DNA of 64,000 nucleotides from Octopus sinensis (Eukaryota). The DNA is taken from contig NC_042997.1 of the NCBI RefSeq assembly GCF_006345805.1, forward strand, positions 112,220,001 to 112,284,000. The letters run 5' to 3'. The notes below the pieces were generated by a model, which did not search any database, had not been told where the DNA came from, and saw only the letters and a program-made list of their open reading frames with translations. The position numbers and the translations under genes are program-made. Shown piece after piece: positions 24,204 through 38,300 of the stretch (position 1 is the first letter of the stretch; the number at the start of each line of letters is the position of its first letter).

Positions 24204-25817
24204 CATGTGTATATATATATGTGTGTATATGTATGTATATATGTGTGTGTATGTATGTATTTATATATATGTGTGTGTGGGGGTCTTAGTGCCTCCCTAC
24301 TCTGTAAAATGGTGTGTTAGAAACCATGCTAAGCATAACTGTGGTAAGTAGCTTGCTTCCAACCACATGGTTCCATGTTCAGTCCCACTGCATGGCACCT
24401 TGGGCAAGTGTCTTCTACCATAGCTTTGGGTCAACCAAAGCTTCATGAGTAGATTTGTTAGATGGAAACTGAAAGAAGCTCAATATCAAAATGCAGAATC
24501 TTATGAAGGAGATAACAGAAGACCAAGATAGATGGTGCATTGCTGTAGTCAAGGAGACCCGTCCACCACAGCAGAATTGAGATCCTAAATCCAGGGTACC
24601 GTGTAAAAAGCATTGATGTGGGTGATGGTACCATATAAGATGCACTAGCAATGATACCACATAAAAAGCACCCAGTACACTCTGTAAAGTGGTTGGCATC
24701 AGGAAGGCACACAGCCATCGAAACCAAGATATGTGTGTGTGCGCGGACGTGCACATATGTGTGTACGTGTGTATGAACCTGGTATGGCCCCTGGCCTTGC
24801 CAGTTCCTGTCAAGCCATTCAACCCATGCAAGCACGGAAAATAGATGTTAAATGTTGATGATGATATATAATGTGTGTGTGTTTGTCTCTCATCACTGCT
24901 TGATAACCAGTATTAGTGAGTTTACATCCCTGTAACTTAGTGGTTTGGCAAAAGAGACCAATAGAATAAGTATGTGGCTTAAGAAAATAAAAGTATTCGG
25001 GCTGATTCATTTGACTAACAATTCTTGAAGGCAGTCCTCCAGCTTGGCCAAAGTCTAATTACTGAAATAAGTAAAAGAAAGACAAAAGAAAGACTCTGGA
25101 GCTGAGCAGTGTCTTCCCACACCCCCAGCTCACTCTCCTTTCCTGCTGGCATACGTTTGATGGCTTGACAGGATCTGACAAACCAGTGAACTGTGTGGTG
25201 CTCCACTGTCAGCTTTGGCATGGTTTCTACAGCTGGATGCTTTTCCTAACACCAATTGCTTTGTTTTTTCCTGGCACTAGTATAAATGGGGTCACTGAAA
25301 AACACACACAAGAAAAGATCCCTTGATGTGGTGGGATACAGTATTGAGGGAGGTGACTTTGTGCCAGGTGTTGAAAGGCTAAAACATGAAGGAGGAGGAG
25401 GCACAGGCATCTTGCTGAAAAGGTGATACATGGCTACCTGAGCTGGAAAGGGAGAAAAGATGGTTATGATGAGGTGTTAGGGCATACCCTCAAGGTTTAG
25501 GAAGGAAGGTGGATATAAAAGGAAATAAGAATAGAGGATCAAGGATGGGTAAATGGGTGGGTTTGCAAGTGTAAAAAGGAGACAGATTGTTAGAGATGAA
25601 TGGAGAGCACAGGTGAAAGCATGGTAAGAGACAAAGGTTAGAGGTACATAGAAGAAGATATAGTGACAAAGGTTGGACAGGGGGCATCTATGACAGATAT
25701 AAGAGGGTTTCAGTAGAAAATGAGGTGATAAGGGATAATGTTAAGAATGTAGGATGGGTTTCAAAGAAATATTTCTAAGGAAAGGGATAGATGGTAGCTC
25801 AAAAGTGGGATGGAATA

Positions 25818-26380
25818 CAAGGTCTGGTCTAAAAGTATCAGGACTGTTGCTATGGTAACAGAGCTAAAACATGCAGAGTGAAGCTGCTTGACCGAAATTA
25901 ACCTTGAATTCTGTCACACATGCATACTCAGTTATAATGTTCTCACTCACTTCTATTGTTTATAGCAATGTTTGAAGTAAAGTGTGTAGAGTTTGGTAGT
26001 CTCAAAAAAGACAATTGGGTTTCAGCTACACAGGATTTCCTTGATTGTGTTGAGGAAGATGAGAACATTTTTTAAAAACAGTCATAACAAGTGGCAAATT
26101 GTGGGATCTATAGCTATGACCCCGAAACCAAGGCCCAGCTTTTGCAGTGGAAGACCTCACGAAGATTTAAGATGTTGGGGGAAATCCAAGAGAATGTGAC
26201 GAGGCAGCTGCTTGCTATCTCCAAAAAGGTGTTCCAAGAATGCTTCCATCAATGGAAACAATGCTGGATGAAGTGTGTGGCTTCAAAAGGGGACAACTTT
26301 GAAGGAGATCAAATGCCAAATTGCTGTATTGTAGTTTTCTTTTTATAGCAGCAATCCCAAAACTTTTTGATCAGACCTCA
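25818..26380 (+). mobile_element. Internally deleted mariner transposon
   Basis: TIRs caaggtctggtctaaaagt / actttttgatcagacctca with TA flanks. Remnants YSYDPETKAQ and FQECFHQWKQCWMKCVASKGDNFEG. Confidence 0.85.
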
Positions 26381-27898
26381 TATGCAATACACACACACTG
26401 ATGGACAAATGATGAAATTATTGCTGTGCTGTACTCTTAGGAGAGGCTATGTGGAATATTTTATTTGGACATTCACAATACTCTTAGACATCCAATATGA
26501 TTTATTTATTTATCTATTCTGTTGCCATATAACATGACTGCATTTGTTTGCTTTTTATTTCCCTTAGAAAAATTATCATGTGATAAGACAGACGGACAGC
26601 AAATTTGTCTGCCAGTCACCGATCATGTATTTATTTGATATATTATTTGTAAATTATGATTTGTGACAAGAAAAACTGGTAAAGACGGTGCATATGAATG
26701 GTGCTTAGTAATTGTAGGTATTTCATGAATAAAAATTATATATGCAACAAGACATTCAGACAATGAACTTGTTGTCCAGCATTCATATATTTATTTGATG
26801 TATTCTTTATAAATTACTATTTGTGGCAAGTAGGTACAGGCATGTGAGCAAGTGCTGTCTACTGTAGCCGTGTGCATGCGCGCGTGTGTGTGTACCCTTG
26901 TCTGGTCATCACATGATGGTGGTAAGTGAGCACCATTATCATACAAGTGAAGATGTTCATTTTCAGACTTCCATGCAAAAAATTCTAGCTTTGGAAACAA
27001 TTAAGGGTTGGTGACAGGAAAGGCATCTGGCTGTAGAAAATCTACCTCATCATTTGTCCATCAGTGTGTGTGTATTGCATATGAAGTCTGATCAAGCATA
27101 GAAAAGTGGAAGTTAAATTAAGATGATGATAATGAAAACAAGACAAGTGGAGAATACAAATGCTGCTGGGCATTCATAGGAGAAGTACTGGCCATACTTC
27201 TGCCTTACTACTGATGTCCATAAGATTTTTCTGGATTTACTTCTTCAGTAAACTATACAGAAGTATCATGTCACCACTCTTATCCCCAGAGAATATACAG
27301 TCTATGCTCATCATCAGCATAATTTAATATCCATCTGGCATGGTTTAGACAGTTTGACAGGAGCTGGCAAGCCAGAAGGCAGCACCAGGCACCGCTGTCT
27401 TTTTTGGCTTGGTTTCTACAGTTGGATGCCCTTCCTAACACAAACCACTGGACAGAGTATACTGGGTGCTTTTTACGTGGCATCATCACCCACATCAATG
27501 TTTTTTACATTGCACCTTGATATTAGGATCTTGATTCTGTTGTGGTGAGAGGGTCTTCTTGAATACAGCAATGTGCCACCTTCGTAAGGCTCAGTGTTTT
27601 GAGACTAGCCTTCAAAACTTCATCTCATATCTTCCTATATATATATATATATTTATACAAGATAAGAAAATGGAGAAATACATCTAAATCAAATATCAAT
27701 TACCAGATAATACTCAATCACATACTTTATTAAACCACCACATAAGAGACTGTAGGGTTAAATATAAAAAGCAGAACAAATCAGTGTACATAAAGGAATG
27801 TACATAAAAAAGTGTACATAAAAGAGTAATGTTGTATAATAAGTAGAATATATATAAAAGAGAATATAAATATAAGTAAATATAGATATATGTATATC

Positions 27899-27949
<51 letters not shown>

Positions 27950-27984
27950 GTGTATATATATGTGTGTGTATATATAATTAATAA

Positions 27985-28792
27985 TAATAGGGAATATAAA
28001 ATTCCAAACTGACAGGGAAAATTCAATTTAGCAATACTAAATCAAATTTCACAATGTATAATATATGTATATGATTAAGAGAAAAACCCTCTATTAAGTA
28101 TTTCAGTTGATAGTGAAAGATATTCTGAAAATCACTTAGTCAAGTTAATGTTTATTTAATTTAGTGATTTTTAGAATATCTTTCACTATCAATTGAATTA
28201 CTTGATAGAGGTTTTTTCTCTTGATTATATACATATGTGTATATATATGTGTGTGTATATATATGTGTGTGTATATATATTTTTATATTAGACCAAATGA
28301 GGTAACAAATCCAAGGTTGTGAGGAGTTTTCAGGACATTTATAATGAAATAGTCTTACAGCTGTTTCTGGGATATTATGTATATCCCTTCATCAGAGACG
28401 GTGTGAGAAAATATTTGAGTTACCTAACATTCTTGGGTCTTCTAGTAGGGAATATAATTCCAAACTTACAGGGAAAAATTCAATTTAGCAATTCCAAATC
28501 AAATTTTGCAATATATAATATATGTATATAATTAAGAGAAATAACCTCTATTAAGTAATTCTATAGTGAAAGACTTTATCGATATCATATAGGAAAATTT
28601 AAATATACTATAATAAATATTATTTTAAAAATCACTAAATTGATATATTAAATTTGTCAATTTAATGTTTATTTAATTTAGTGATTTTTTTGAATACTTA
28701 TTATAGTATATTTAAATTTTTCTATATGATATAAAGTCTTTCACTATTGAATTACTTAATAGAGGTTATTTCTCTTAATTATATATATATAT

Positions 28793-28800
<8 letters not shown>
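27985..28800. mobile_element. Two related AT-rich palindromic elements flanking a hammerhead-bearing segment
   Basis: 27990-28240 and 28445-28795 share tagggaatataattccaaact… starts, and each folds back on itself. Confidence 0.7.
28351..28399 (-). ncRNA. Minimal type-I hammerhead ribozyme motif
   Basis: gtct-CTGATGA-a-GGGATAT/acata/ATATCCC-a-GAAA-cagctg-TA-agac: stems I and II pair and stem III is palindromic. Confidence 0.75.
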
Positions 28801-28852
<52 letters not shown>

Positions 28853-29349
28853 ATGTCCTTATATATCTGCATGTGTTCTTTGGGTCCGTGTTTGTCCTCC
28901 ACCACTGCTTCACACCTGATTTTGGTTTATTCACATCTCTGTAACTTAATTGTTTGGCAAAAAAGGCCAATAGAATAAATACCAGGCTTTTTAAAAAAAG
29001 GTCCTGGGGTCATTTTGTTTGGCTAAAAATTCTTGAAGGTGGTGCCTCAGCATTGCTATAGTCTAATGACTGAAACAAATAAGAGATGGGGATAAAAGAT
29101 ATTTATATATAAAAACATATAGATATATATGTTTATATATGTAAGTGTGAGTGTGCATTGATACTGTTTCATCAATGATGTAGAGATGAGTTTGTGTCTC
29201 CTATAAACAATGTCTGGTTGCAGTTCAACATGCAGAGATCTGGCATATAGTCTTTTACTTGAAAGAAAGGCATCTGGCTATAGGAAATTTCTTAAAGAAG
29301 TCTTGTCCAATCCATGTCAGCATGGAATAAGTGGATGTAAGGACACTGA

Positions 29350-29735
29350 TGATATATTGACTGGCATGTAAAATGCACCAATTGAGTGTGGCTGATGCCA
29401 GTGCTACCTGACTGGCACCTATGCTAGTGGCATGTAAAAAGCACCAATCAAGTTTGACTGATGCCAGTGCCGCCTGAGTGGCACCTGTACTTGTGGCATG
29501 TAAAAAGCACTATTTGAGCGTGGCCGATGCCAGTACTGCCTGACTGGCTCCTGTGCTGGTGGCACGTAAAAGCGCCCCTCTACACTCTCAGAATGGTCAG
29601 TGTTAAGAAAGGCATCAAGCTGTAGAAACCTTACCAAATCAGATTGGAGACTGGTGCAGCTTCCTGGCTTGCCAGTTCTCAGTCAAACTGTCCAACTCAT
29701 GCCAGCATGGAAAGCAAACATTAAATGACGATGAT
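29350..29735 (+). mobile_element. RTE 3'-UTR fragment
   Basis: Tandem gtgccagtggcatgtaaaaagcac units, 3' conserved block and GAT tail. Confidence 0.8.
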
Positions 29736-30989
29736 GATGATGATATGTATGTGTGTGCGTGTGTGTGTATACATGTGTTAGAGAGAGAGTGTATATGCGT
29801 GTGTATTATCAACATTATTTTAATGTCCAATTTTTCCCATGCTCGCATGGAATTTGTTGAGGCAGATTTTCTACAGCCAGATGCCCTTCCTGTTGCCAAC
29901 CCTCACTTGTTTTCCTTGTGACTGGATATATTTCAAGCATGTTTCCATGGAAAGTAGGAAACAAGGGACATTGTTTGTGTGCGAATGACACTCATTTACA
30001 ACTATCTTGTAATATCAAGGCAAGAAGACAAGAGCACACACACACACACACACACAACACACATACACACACACACAAACATGCACACACAAACATGCAC
30101 ACATACATCATATTAGCATATAAAATGTCAAGACTTTCCTTTCCTTTTAAGTGTGAAACTACTTTAGTATTTGTTAAAACTTGTCTCTCTAATGCTTTTT
30201 TCTTTTATGTTCATTGCTTAAAACTAGTTGAGCATCTCATCATTGCCAGGCAATTTTCACAATAGAATGCCTTTATTTAAATTTTTTTAATTCCATATCA
30301 AACCATGTCTTTCCTGATGGATAGGTTTCTTGATCAGGATGGATTTCTGGATTATTTGGAACAATTTACGATGTCTCGATTAATGAAGTTTTTTGCTTTT
30401 CCATTAGGTGCATATATGTAAAGATTTTTCCTACTCCTGAACATCCAATGTAATGCTGCCCATGAGTGAAGCAGGTCTCTTCAATGTCTAAACTGGCACT
30501 GAAAATGTTTGCCCCTGGGATTTGTTGATAATCATGGCAAAACTAAGACTCACTGACAATTGAAGTTTGAATTGAAATGGAGCATCATCCTGAGTCTGTG
30601 TGACAGAGGCTCTTGAGCACTTAGCATAGAATTGAAGCATCCTCTTCTTGGATACCTCCTGAAACTACATGATTCAGGTTTTTATATATCCACAACATCA
30701 TTTAAAGTCTGTTTTCCATGCTGGCATGGGTTGGACAGTTTGACAGGAGTTGGCAAGCCAGAGAGTTGGTTCTTATGGTTGGATGCTCTTCCTAATATGA
30801 ATGTTTGTTCTTATGTCAATTTAACGTTGAACTGAAGGATTATGCAATTCTTCTGGTGTAGAACATAATTTGTTAAATTTTGAGAATGCAAAGGTTGACA
30901 GTGACTTCAAAGTTTCAGCTGCCATCTTACCTTTGTGAGGCTATCTCATAAAAGCAAGCAAAGTGAAATTTCAAAGTCACTATCAAACT

Positions 30990-31464
30990 TTTCCGTGTAA
31001 AAGTTTAATGAACACACCCATGCATGTGTGTGTGTGTATATATATGTGTATATATAAATGGGTGTATATATATATATGTGTGTGTGTGTATATATGTGTA
31101 TATATGTGTGTGTATATATATATATATATATGTGTGTGTATATATGTGTGTGTGTATATCTGTGTGTATATATATCTGTGTGTGTGTGTGTATGTATATA
31201 TATGTCTGTGTGTGTGTATATATATATAAAGGGTAAAGACCCCCTTTGGTCATGAATGACCATGGGATTGCACCTAGAAAGTTACCTTCCTAGATACAAG
31301 TCCGGGCAAGGTTGTTTATGGAAGGCCAGCAGTCGCCCATGCATACCAGCCTCCCCTCCCCACGCCACCAGTGTTATCCAAGGGAAAGACAAAGGTCGAT
31401 ACAGCTTGGCACCAGTGACGTCGCAACTCATTTCTACAGCTGTATATATGTATGTTTGTGTGTG

Positions 31465-31495
<31 letters not shown>

Positions 31496-31526
31496 ATGTG
31501 TATATATGTGTATATGTATATAAGTT

Positions 31527-31557
<31 letters not shown>

Positions 31558-31687
31558 GTATACATATATGTGTATATATATGTATGTGTGTATATATATA
31601 TATGTATGTATGCATATATGTGTATATATGTGTGTGTGTATATATATATGTATGCATATATATATATGTATGTGTGTGTGTATGTAT

Positions 31688-31729
<42 letters not shown>

Positions 31730-31860
31730 TGTGTATATATATCATCATCATCATCATCGTTTAGCGCTTTCCATGCTAGAATGGGTTGGACGGTTCAACT
31801 GGGGTCTGGGAAGCCAGAAGACTGCACCAGGCCAAGTCTGATATGGCAATGTTTCTACAC

Positions 31861-31934
<74 letters not shown>

Positions 31935-31950
31935 TACACACACACATGCA
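30990..31950. repeat. Compound (TA)/(TG) microsatellite field with embedded repeats
   Basis: Direct observation; this tract produces many spurious Y/I/C/V/H/T ORFs. Confidence 0.95.
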
Positions 31951-32372
31951 CCTAGACTACTAAACTTGCAATGCGATAACAATCTGAAATACATTGCTAG
32001 TTCACCCTCAGCTATGGTTTACTTCCTCTCCCAACCGTAACTATCTTATACCATATTATCTTGCCCTCCTTTATCTTTGTCTTTCTCTCCCTCTTTATAT
32101 GACTGTCTGTCTGAAGGTTTGTCTATGTGTATTTGTATGTTTCTTATTGTATTTCTTCCTCTATACTAGTGTGTGTGTGTCTGTCAGTCTGTATATGTAG
32201 ACACCCACGTCTATGCCTTTTCTGTGTCTCTTTATGTATGTCTGTGTCAATTCTCTGTTTGTATAACAGTATTCATATTATCGTGCTGGTTGTTCTCGTG
32301 TCTTCAGAGGTGCAATATATATATATATATACATACAGACACACACACACATATATGCATGGATACATACAT

Positions 32373-32443
<71 letters not shown>

Positions 32444-32446
<3 letters not shown>

Positions 32447-32600
32447 AGTGGCTGTGTGCTAAGTAGCTTGCTTACCAACCAAATAATTCTAGGTTCAATC
32501 CCACTGCATGGCACCTTGGGCAAATGTCTTCTTCTATAGCCTCAGGCCGACCAAGCCCTTGTAAGTGGTTTTGGTAGGTGGAAACTAAAAGAAGCCCGTC

Positions 32601-32648
<48 letters not shown>

Positions 32649-32860
32649 ATATATATATGTTTGTGTTTGTCCCCCCAACATTGCTTGGAAACTGATGCTG
32701 GTGTGATTACGTCCCCATAACTTAGAAGTTTGGCAAAAGACACTGATGGAATAAGTACTAGGCTTACAAAGAAAAAGTCTTGGTGTCGATTTGCTCGACT
32801 AAAGATGGAGCTCCAGCATGGTCACAGTCAAATGACTGAAACAAGTTAAAGAATAAAAGA
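32444..32860 (+). mobile_element. SINE family A
   Basis: Full head-to-tail similarity with the reverse complement of 9951-10345. Confidence 0.85.
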
Positions 32861-32920
32861 ATATATAAATATATATCTACACACAGACACACACATATAT
32901 GCATGCATACATACCTATAC

Positions 32921-32954
<34 letters not shown>

Positions 32955-32960
<6 letters not shown>

Positions 32961-33350
32961 ATAATTTGGGTTCAGCAAAAATTTGCTTCACCACATACCG
33001 AAATTTAGAAATAGCAGTTAAAACTAACTATTTCACTTCTATAAGAAAATCTCCCAACAGCACCATAGTCAACTACTACAAAGGTAAAGGTGACACTTTA
33101 GATACAAATAATTACAGATGTATCAAGTTGTTGGATCAGGTAATGAAGGTCACGTAGAGGGTCATAGCCCAACTAATTAGGGAGAGAGTGAGTCTAGATG
33201 AGACACAGTGTGGGTTCATGCCAGAGAAAAAGCACCACTGATGTTATCTGGGAGATTTTCTTATAGTAGTGAAATAGTTAGTTTTAACTGCTATTTCTAA
33301 ATTTTGGTAGGTGGTGAAGCAAATTTTTGCTCAACCCTAATTATAATTAT
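32955..33350. repeat. About 100-bp inverted repeat enclosing an RTE RT fragment
   Basis: 32955-33056 is the reverse complement of 33249-33350. The loop (33057-33245) resembles RTE sequence at 33775-33935. Confidence 0.85.
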
Positions 33351-33477
33351 ACTCATAATTATAAAATTTCATGCATAAGTTTTCCGATAATGGTTCTTTT
33401 AACATACCGAACTACTTGGTAAAATTATTAATTAATTAATTTTACCCTTTATTATTATTATGGATGATATATATATA

Positions 33478-33655
33478 GGGAGAGTTCACGAAAAAAACAA
33501 AAGACGAAGGCAGGTTGGTGTATAAAACAAACAGATGTATTAGTATAAAGCTCTGGAATTGAAAAAGTCTTTTACGTTTCAAGCCTATGCTCTTCTACAG
33601 AAAGGGACACAGAAAAAAAACAAGGCGAGAAAAAATATGTGTGTTGTAGCTACCG
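33478..33655 (-). mobile_element. Penelope-like pLTR fragment with variant hammerhead (33568-33604)
   Basis: Homologous to 61680-61850. Reverse complement reads cttt-CTGTAGA-a-gagc/atag/gctt-GAAA-cg-TA-aaag. Confidence 0.6.
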
Positions 33656-33699
33656 ATATATATATATATATATATAGAAAGAGAGAGAAAGAGATCAGG

Positions 33700-35375
33700 A
33701 ATCAGTTATAACCTAGTCACCCGTATAGTTAACCAGGTGATACACGAAGGAGTCATACCCAATGAAAGGTGTAGCAGTACCATAGTCAACTACTACAAAG
33801 GTAAAGGCGACGCTTTAGATACAAATAATTATAGAGGTATCAAGTTGTTGGATCAGGTAATGAAGGTCATGGAGAGAGTCAGTCTAGATGAGATACAGTG
33901 TGGGTTCATGTCAGGGAAAAGCACCACTGATGCTATATTTCTGGTAAGACAGCTGTAGGAGAGAAATACCTAGCTAAAGCTAAACCTCTGTTCTTGGCCT
34001 TTGTTGACATGGAGAAAGCCTTTGACAGGGTCCCCCAATCCCTTATCTGGTGGTCAACGAGGAAACTAGGGATAGATAAATGGTTAGTAAGAGCTGTGCA
34101 AGCCATGTATAGCGATGCTGTCAGTAAGGTGAGGGTTGGCAACGAGTATAGTGAAGAATTCCAGGTAGGGGCTGGGGTCACCAATGATTAGTTCTCAGCC
34201 CCCTCTTATTCATCATAGTCCTCCAGGCAATAACAGAGAAATTCAAGACAGGATGCCCCTGGGAGACTCTCTAAGCTGATGACCTTGCTCTAATTGCTGA
34301 GTCACTATCAGAACTAGAGGAAAAGTTTCAGGTGTGGAAGCAAAGATTAGAATCGAAGAGCCTTAGAGTGAACTTAGCTAAAACCAAAGTCTTAATAGGT
34401 AGGAAGGCAGGCAAACCACAAATCCCTTCAGGGAGATGACCCTGCTCGATCTGTAGAATAGGCGTAGGTAGAAACTCTAAGATGAACCAAGTGTAAGCTT
34501 GGACACATAAGAGGTGCAGCAATATCAAAGGAAGGTTAACTGAGAAGATAGTTTTTGTATGTGGCAGATGCTCAGGAGCAATAAACACTGAAAATGTGCA
34601 GAGAACAACCTCCGCCACATTCCAGGGAAAAAAACTAGAAGTAGTTGATAGCTTCTGTTACCTAGGTGACCAAGTCAGTAGCAGGGGTAGATGCTGTGAT
34701 AGTGTAGCTGCTAGAAAAAGAATAGCCTGGGCAAAGTTCAGAGAGCTCCTACATCTGGTTGAGACAAAGAGCCTCTCGCTCAGAGTAAAAGGTAGACTGT
34801 ATGATGCATGTGTACGAACAGCCATGCTACATGGCAGTGAAACATGGGCCATGACTGCTGAGGACATGCGTAAGTATGCAAAGAATGACGCCAGTATGCT
34901 CTGCTTGATGTGTAATGTCAGTGTGCATACATAACAGAGTATAAGTACCTTGAGAGAAAAGTTGGATTTAAGAAACATCAGATATGGTGTGCAAGAGAGA
35001 CGACTGCGTTGGTATGCTTATGTGTTGCGAATGAATGAGGACAACTCTGTGAAAAAGTGTCACACCCTAGCAGTTGAGGGAATCTGTGGGAGAAGTAGAC
35101 CCAAGAAGACCTGGAATTAGATGGTGAAGCATGACCTTCAAGCATTGGGCCTTACCAAGACATTAACTAGTGACTGAGACCTTTGGAGATATGCTGTGCT
35201 TGAGTAGACCTGACAAGCCAAGTGAGACCAAAGCCCGTGGCCTATGCCAGTGGATGTAACCAGTCCACATGAAAACTCCACATTCATTAGATAATAAACT
35301 TTGCTTGTGAAGACCTATTGAGGCAAGTGAAATCAAATCAAAATTGCTGACGTACTGCCTGATTGGCACTCGTGC
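33700..35375 (+). mobile_element. RTE LINE fragment (RT to 3' UTR), decayed
   Basis: FVDMEKAFDRVP, CYLGDQV and MLHGSETW motifs with multiple stops. Confidence 0.9.
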
Positions 35376-35377
35376 CA

Positions 35378-38300
35378 TCATCATCATCATTGTTTAACGT
35401 CCGTTTTCCATGCTAGCATGGGTTGGATGATTCGACCGGGGTCTAGGAAACCAGTAGGCTGCACCAGGCTCCAGTCTGATCTGGCAGTGTTTCTACAGCT
35501 GGATGCCCTTCCTAACGCCAGCCACTCCATGAGTGTAATGGGTGCTTTTTACATGCCATTGGCATAGGGGCCGGAGGAGGCTGGCAAAGGCCACGATCGA
35601 TTGGTGCTTTTTACATGCCACCGGCACAGAAGCCAGTCAGAGTGGCGCTGAGATTATCCATGTTCGGATGTTGCTTTTTATGTGCCACCAGCACAGGTAT
35701 CACAACTACAATTTCCATTTGATTTTCATTTTGATGTTGATATACTTGACTCAATAGGTCTACTTAATAGCAGGTCGCCCATGATCCAAGGTACTTTACA
35801 ATGGGCTGGGGCTCCTTATGAGAAACTGATGTAGGATACAGCTGTGAACTCACTTCATTTGCCGGGTCTTCGCAGTCACAGCATATCTTCAGAGGTCTCA
35901 GTCTTTCATCATTGCCTCTGTGATGCCCAATGTTTGAAGGTTATGATTGACCACCTCATCCCATGTCTTCCTGGGTCTACCTCTACCCCGGATTCCTTCA
36001 ACTCTTTGGGAGTGGCACTTCTTCACACATCTCTCCTCATCCATCCGCAGTACATGACAATACAAGCGCAAACGTCTCTCTTGCATGCCACATCCGATGC
36101 TTCTTATGTCCAACATTTCTCTCAGGGCACTTACACTCTGTCGTGTGTGCACACTGACATTGCACACCCAGCAGATCATGCTAGCTTCATTTCTTTCGAG
36201 CCTACGCATGTCCTCCGCAGTAATGGCTCATGTTTCACTGCCATGAAGCATAGCAGTTCACACACATGCATCGTACAATCTACCTTTCACTCTGAGTGAG
36301 AGACCCTTTGTCACCAGTATGGGTAGAAGCTTTCTGAACTTTGCCCAGGCTATTCTTATTCTAGTGTTAACACTCTCTGAGCATCCACCCCCACTACTAA
36401 CTTGGTCACCTATGTAGAAGAAGCTATCAACTACTAATAGTTTCTCCCCCTGGAGTGTGATGGAATCTGTTTTCTGAGCATCTGTGATGTTTACTGCCTC
36501 TGTGTATCTGCCGCACACGAAAGCTATCTTCTCAGTTAATTTTCCTTTGATGTTGCTGCACCTCTTATGTGTCCATAGCTTACACTGGGTACATCTTATG
36601 GAGTTTCTACCTACACTTTTTCTACAGATCGAGTAGGGCCACCTATCTGAGTGGGGTGTGTGATGTGTTTGCCTCTCTACTTACTAGAACTTTGGTCTTA
36701 GCTACATTGACTCTAAGGCCTTGTGATTCTAAACCTTGCTTCCACACCCGAAATTTCGTTTCTAGTTCCGGTAGTGATTCTGCTATGAGGGCCAGGTCAT
36801 CAGCATAGAGGAGCTCCCAGGGCAACCCATCTTGAATTCCTCTGTTATTGCCTGGAGGACTATGATAAATAGGAGGGGACTGAGGACTGAACCTTGGTGG
36901 ACCCCAACCTCTACCCGGAATTCTTCACTGTACTCGTTGCCAACCCTCACCTTACTAGCAGCATCTCTGTACATGGCTCGCACAGCTCTCACTAACCATT
37001 CATCTATCCCTAGTTTCCTCATTGACCACCAGATAAGGGATCGGGGGACCCTGTCGAAGGCTTTCTCCATGTCAACAAAAGCCAGGTACAGGGGCTTATC
37101 TTTGGCTAGGTATTTCTCCTGCAGCTGTCTTACCAGGAATATAGCATCAGTAGTACTTTTTCCTGGCACGAACCCAAACTGCATCTCATCTAAGCTAACT
37201 CTCTCTAATTAGTTGGTCTATAACTCTCTCCGTAACCTTCATTATCTGATCCAGCAGCTTGATACCCCTGTAGTTATTTGTATCTAGGGTGTCACCTTTA
37301 CCTTTGTAGCAGTTGACTATTATGCTGCTACACCAGTCATTGGGTATGACTCCTTCGTGTATCACCTGGTTAACTATACGGGTGACTAGGCTATAGCCGA
37401 CACTACCAGATATTTTGAGCATCTCTGCAGTAATTCCTGATGGGCCTGGGGCTTTCCCTGTTTTCATGCTTGTAATTGCCTTAACTACTAAGGAACTGTC
37501 AACTCGGATTGCTGGTCCCTCTGTTGGGTCAACATTCGGCAGACTCTCTTTATCCCATTCATTTTCCTCATTCAGCAGCCTTTCATAGTGGCGTCTCCAA
37601 GCCTCTCTCTTTGCATCCTCATTTAGCGCAAGTGAACCGTCATCCTTGCGAACACATTTCTCTCCTACCATGTCACGATTCTCTCTCACACACTGTCTTG
37701 CAACATGAAATTCCTCAAGTCTTTCATCCTCATGGTGCAGAACATTGGCAAATTTTTTCTTATCTGCTTCCCCTCTGGCTAAATACACCTGCCTCCTAGC
37801 TTCCCTTCTGGCAGTCTGATACACTTCCCTGCTACCACCGTTCTTCCAGTCCTTCCAAGCCTGTTTCTTTTGTCTAATAGCCCTGTCAACAATATTGTTC
37901 CACCACTACGTTATTTTGGGTCTTGAGGGGACTTTGCACCAGCCACAGATCTGGTCAGTGGCTTTCAGCAGGTTGTCCCTTAGAAGCGTCCAGTTGTCTT
38001 CTACCCCATGTGTAGCTATACCTCCTTCTATTTCGTCAAAGGCTTCAAGTAACATGTCTCTAAATCTCTGTCCATTCACAGGGTCTTTAAGCTTCCAGAC
38101 CCTTCTTCTCCATGCTGGTCGTCCTCTTAGTCCTGATCCTAAAGTCACTAACTACCAGTCTATGTTGTGGGGTACATTCTTCGCCTGGGAAGGTTTTGGC
38201 ATTTATAAGCAGCCACCTTTCCCTTTTTCTGGCAAGGATGTAGTCGATTTGGCTAGTATGCCGGCCCGATCGGTAGGTGACCAGGTAGCTTGTCGGTTTC

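Noticed and set aside
30946-32681. Many overlapping 60-150 aa ORFs rich in Y, I, C, V, H and T
   Set aside because: Artefacts of TA/TG/CA dinucleotide repeats that lack stop codons.
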